DNA from: Azolla caroliniana
Lineage: Eukaryota > Plantae > Polypodiophyta
Assembly (NCBI GenBank): GCA_043228905.1
Contig: JBHGNT010001199.1
Coordinates: 1-11,020, forward strand
Direction: 5' to 3'
DNA length: 11,020 nucleotides
The notes beneath the pieces were generated by a model that searched no databases, was not told the origin of the DNA, and saw only the letters and a list, made by a program, of their open reading frames with translations. Position numbers and translations under genes: made by a program. The stretch's first letter is position 1. Every line of letters starts with the position of its first letter. Shown here one piece after another: positions 8,877 through 11,020 of this stretch.

Positions 8877-9291
8877 TGTTAAGAAAATGTGAAGAAGGCA
8901 CTCGGGCTCTTCTTATGTGCGCGGCGGATTGTGGTGTGCTAGATTGTTTGGTGCTCAAACATAGAAGGGAAGGGGGAAGGAGACTTACCTCTGTAGCAGC
9001 CAAAACTTCTTCTATTTCATTACACACAGAGCTCTACTTGCTCTCGTCTGTTTCTCTCTTCTACTCTCACTCTCTGAGTTCTTCCTCTCTCTCAGAGTTC
9101 TACTTCCTGTATATTTCTTATTTACCTACTCTCTTACTTTTTACCTAAGTAATAAGTTACTTACATATGCAGCTAATTACCTGTCAGTAGCTAATTAGCT
9201 GTTTCTCCTTTATGTTCACAAGTAGCTAAATAGCTACTATAGCTTATTTCCCAATAAGCATCACATACCATGTTGAGCTTGCTTCTCAACA
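8877..9291 (-). repeat. 3' LTR of Copia C (415 bp)
   Basis: Termini TGTTGAGAA...TTCTTAACA (8/9 inverted match), bounded by the PPT on one side and B coding sequence on the other. Confidence 0.9.
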
Positions 9292-9304
9292 CTCCCCCTC
9301 AAGC
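9292..9304 (-). other. Polypurine tract of Copia C
   Basis: GCTTGAGGGGGAG directly before TGTTG, a few nt after the pol stop codon. Confidence 0.9.
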
Positions 9305-9309
9305 TCAAC

Positions 9310-11020
9310 TTATCCTTTCTTGGGGTTATCTACAACTTCTTTTCCATGATGCTTTTCAGCCATCATATCAGTGTCTACAACTCCCATCATGTTCCGAAAC
9401 TGTGTATGCTTTTCCACACTCAATCCCTTTGTGAGAATATCAGCAACCTGCTGAATTGTATTCACATACACCAGATCAACTTCTCCTTCAATCACTTTTT
9501 CTCTAACAAAGTGATAATGCACTTCAATGTGCTTTGTTCTTGCATGGAACACTGGGTTTTTTGCAAGCTGAATGCTGCTCATATTGTCACACCAGATTGT
9601 GACAATACCATCTATATACTCTCCCAAATCTGCAAGCAATCTTCTGATCCATACCTCTTCACAAGTGGCTATGGCGGCTCCTTTGTACTCAGCTTCAGTA
9701 CTAGACAATGCAACAATAACTTGTTTCTTGCTACTCCATGAAATACCTGCACTTCCCAGTGTAAACATATATCCACTTGTGCATCTTCTATCTGTTTGGC
9801 TTCCAGCCCAATCAACATCTCTATATCCTTCCAGATTTATGTCCAAATCAGCCTTGTAAAACAATCCATAGTTCTGAGTAGCTTTTACATACCTTAGAAT
9901 TCTTCTAATGCAGTCCAAATGCGGCTTTATTGGCTGTTGCATAAATTGGCTGACTAATCCAACTGCATAACTCAAATCAGGTCTTGTTATGGTCAAATAA
10001 ATAAGGCTGCCCACCATAGACCTGTACATGTTTACATCTTCTATTTTGGCTCCTAAATCAACCCTCAATTTGTAGTTTTTATCTAGAGGTACTCCAATAG
10101 GTTTGCATCCAAGCATACCATACTTTTTCAACATAGTTGTTGCATATTGTCTTTGCAACACATATATACCACTTTCAGATCTGATGATTTCAATACCCAA
10201 AAAATATCTCAGATCTCCCAAATCTTTCATATGAAACTGCATTTCCAAATTTCTTTTCAGCTTACTTATTTCATCCATGGAATCACCTCCAATGATGAGA
10301 TCATCAACATAAATCAGAATCAAATAATACAATCATCTTTCCTTTTAACATACAATGATGAATCAGCCTTTGACATTTTGAAGTCAAGTTTTTTCAGATA
10401 ATCTGAAAGTTCTCTGTGCCATGCTCTTGGTGCCTGTTTCAGTCCATAGAGAGCCTTTTTCAGCTTACATACATAATCTGGATGCTTCCTATCTTCAAAA
10501 CCTGGTGGTTGACACATAAACACTTCTTCTTCCAAGTTACCATGTAAAAAGGCATTTTTTACATCCATATGATGAAGAAACCATCTTCTGCCTGCACCTA
10601 CAACCAATAATGTCCTCAATGTTGCCATCTTTGCAACCGGTGCAAATGTCTCATCATAATCAATTCCTTGCATTTGGGCATATCCCTTTCCAACCAATCT
10701 TGCTTTATGTCTACTTACATTCCCACTAGAATCATGCTTTATCTTGTAGACCCATTTGCAACCTACCACATTTTTTCCTTTTGGTAACTTCACCTAATCC
10801 CATGTTCTGTTTTCAGCCAATGCATCAATCTCTTCTTGCATTGCATCCACCCATTTCTTCTCAGTTTTAGCCTCATCAAAACTACTTGGATCAGGGATCT
10901 GTACCACTTTAGAAATATATGCATAATACATAGCCATATATGTATCATAACCAAATCTTTCAACAATTTTTTTCTCTCTATCTGATCTTCTCAGTTTCTG
11001 ATTTGCATCCTTCAATGCTT
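9310..11020 (-). pseudogene. pol: Copia C pol: RT and RNase H, with one nonsense codon and one frameshift
   Basis: TAG at 10794-10796 and a 1-bp loss at ~10322-10324. Motifs: CKWVYKIK, MDVKNAFLHG, LYGLKQAPRAW, YVDD (10300-10311), TRPDLSYAV, D.DWAG, SSTEAEY, RTKHIEVHYHFVRE, ADILTK. Confidence 0.95.

Larger units (their letters stand above)
8877..11020 (-). mobile_element. Ty1/Copia element C (3' part; continues beyond the window), nested in B's integrase
   Basis: Near-intact RT-RNase H, PPT and a complete 3' LTR. The LTR end abuts integrase codons of B. Confidence 0.95.

Noticed and set aside
10320-10332. Programmed frameshift or stop read-through in Copia C pol
   Set aside because: The break falls within RT just before YVDD, where B is continuous, and there is no slippery heptamer. 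A 1-bp deletion or sequencing error is simpler.
9346-10401. Plus-strand ORFs opposite Copia C (also 7816-8028 opposite B and 8876-9148 in the LTR)
   Set aside because: These are antisense shadows of pol or low-complexity LTR sequence with no recognisable motifs.
1-11020. A novel RT-associated system (retron/DGR-like) pairing RTs with repeats and a phosphatase
   Set aside because: All RT sequence is typical Copia with LTR/PPT or a LINE ORF2 tail. The neighbours are explained by independent insertions, and no template/variable repeat pair is visible.

Overview
AT-rich, intron-containing land-plant nuclear DNA (lineage cannot be fixed from sequence alone) that is mostly stacked transposon relics. 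Left to right: two exons of a probably disabled lipid phosphate phosphatase (PAP2/LPP) gene (470-816); a short minus-strand Ty1/Copia 3'-end fragment (~885-1180); a 5'-truncated L1-type LINE with A-tail and 14-bp TSD (1809-3379) whose 5' junction holds a fold-back copy of its own target DNA; an old plus-strand Copia pol relic (A, ~4915-6665) split by a MITE-like insert (~5132-5650); a minus-strand Copia (B, ~6671-8876) with 3' LTR and PPT but no RNase H; and a younger minus-strand Copia (C, 8877 to window end) inserted in B's integrase. I see no support for a novel multi-gene system. The best leads are mechanistic and evolutionary: the snap-back LINE junction, an internal PPT-like motif, the nesting, and the extreme CpG contrast between B and C.
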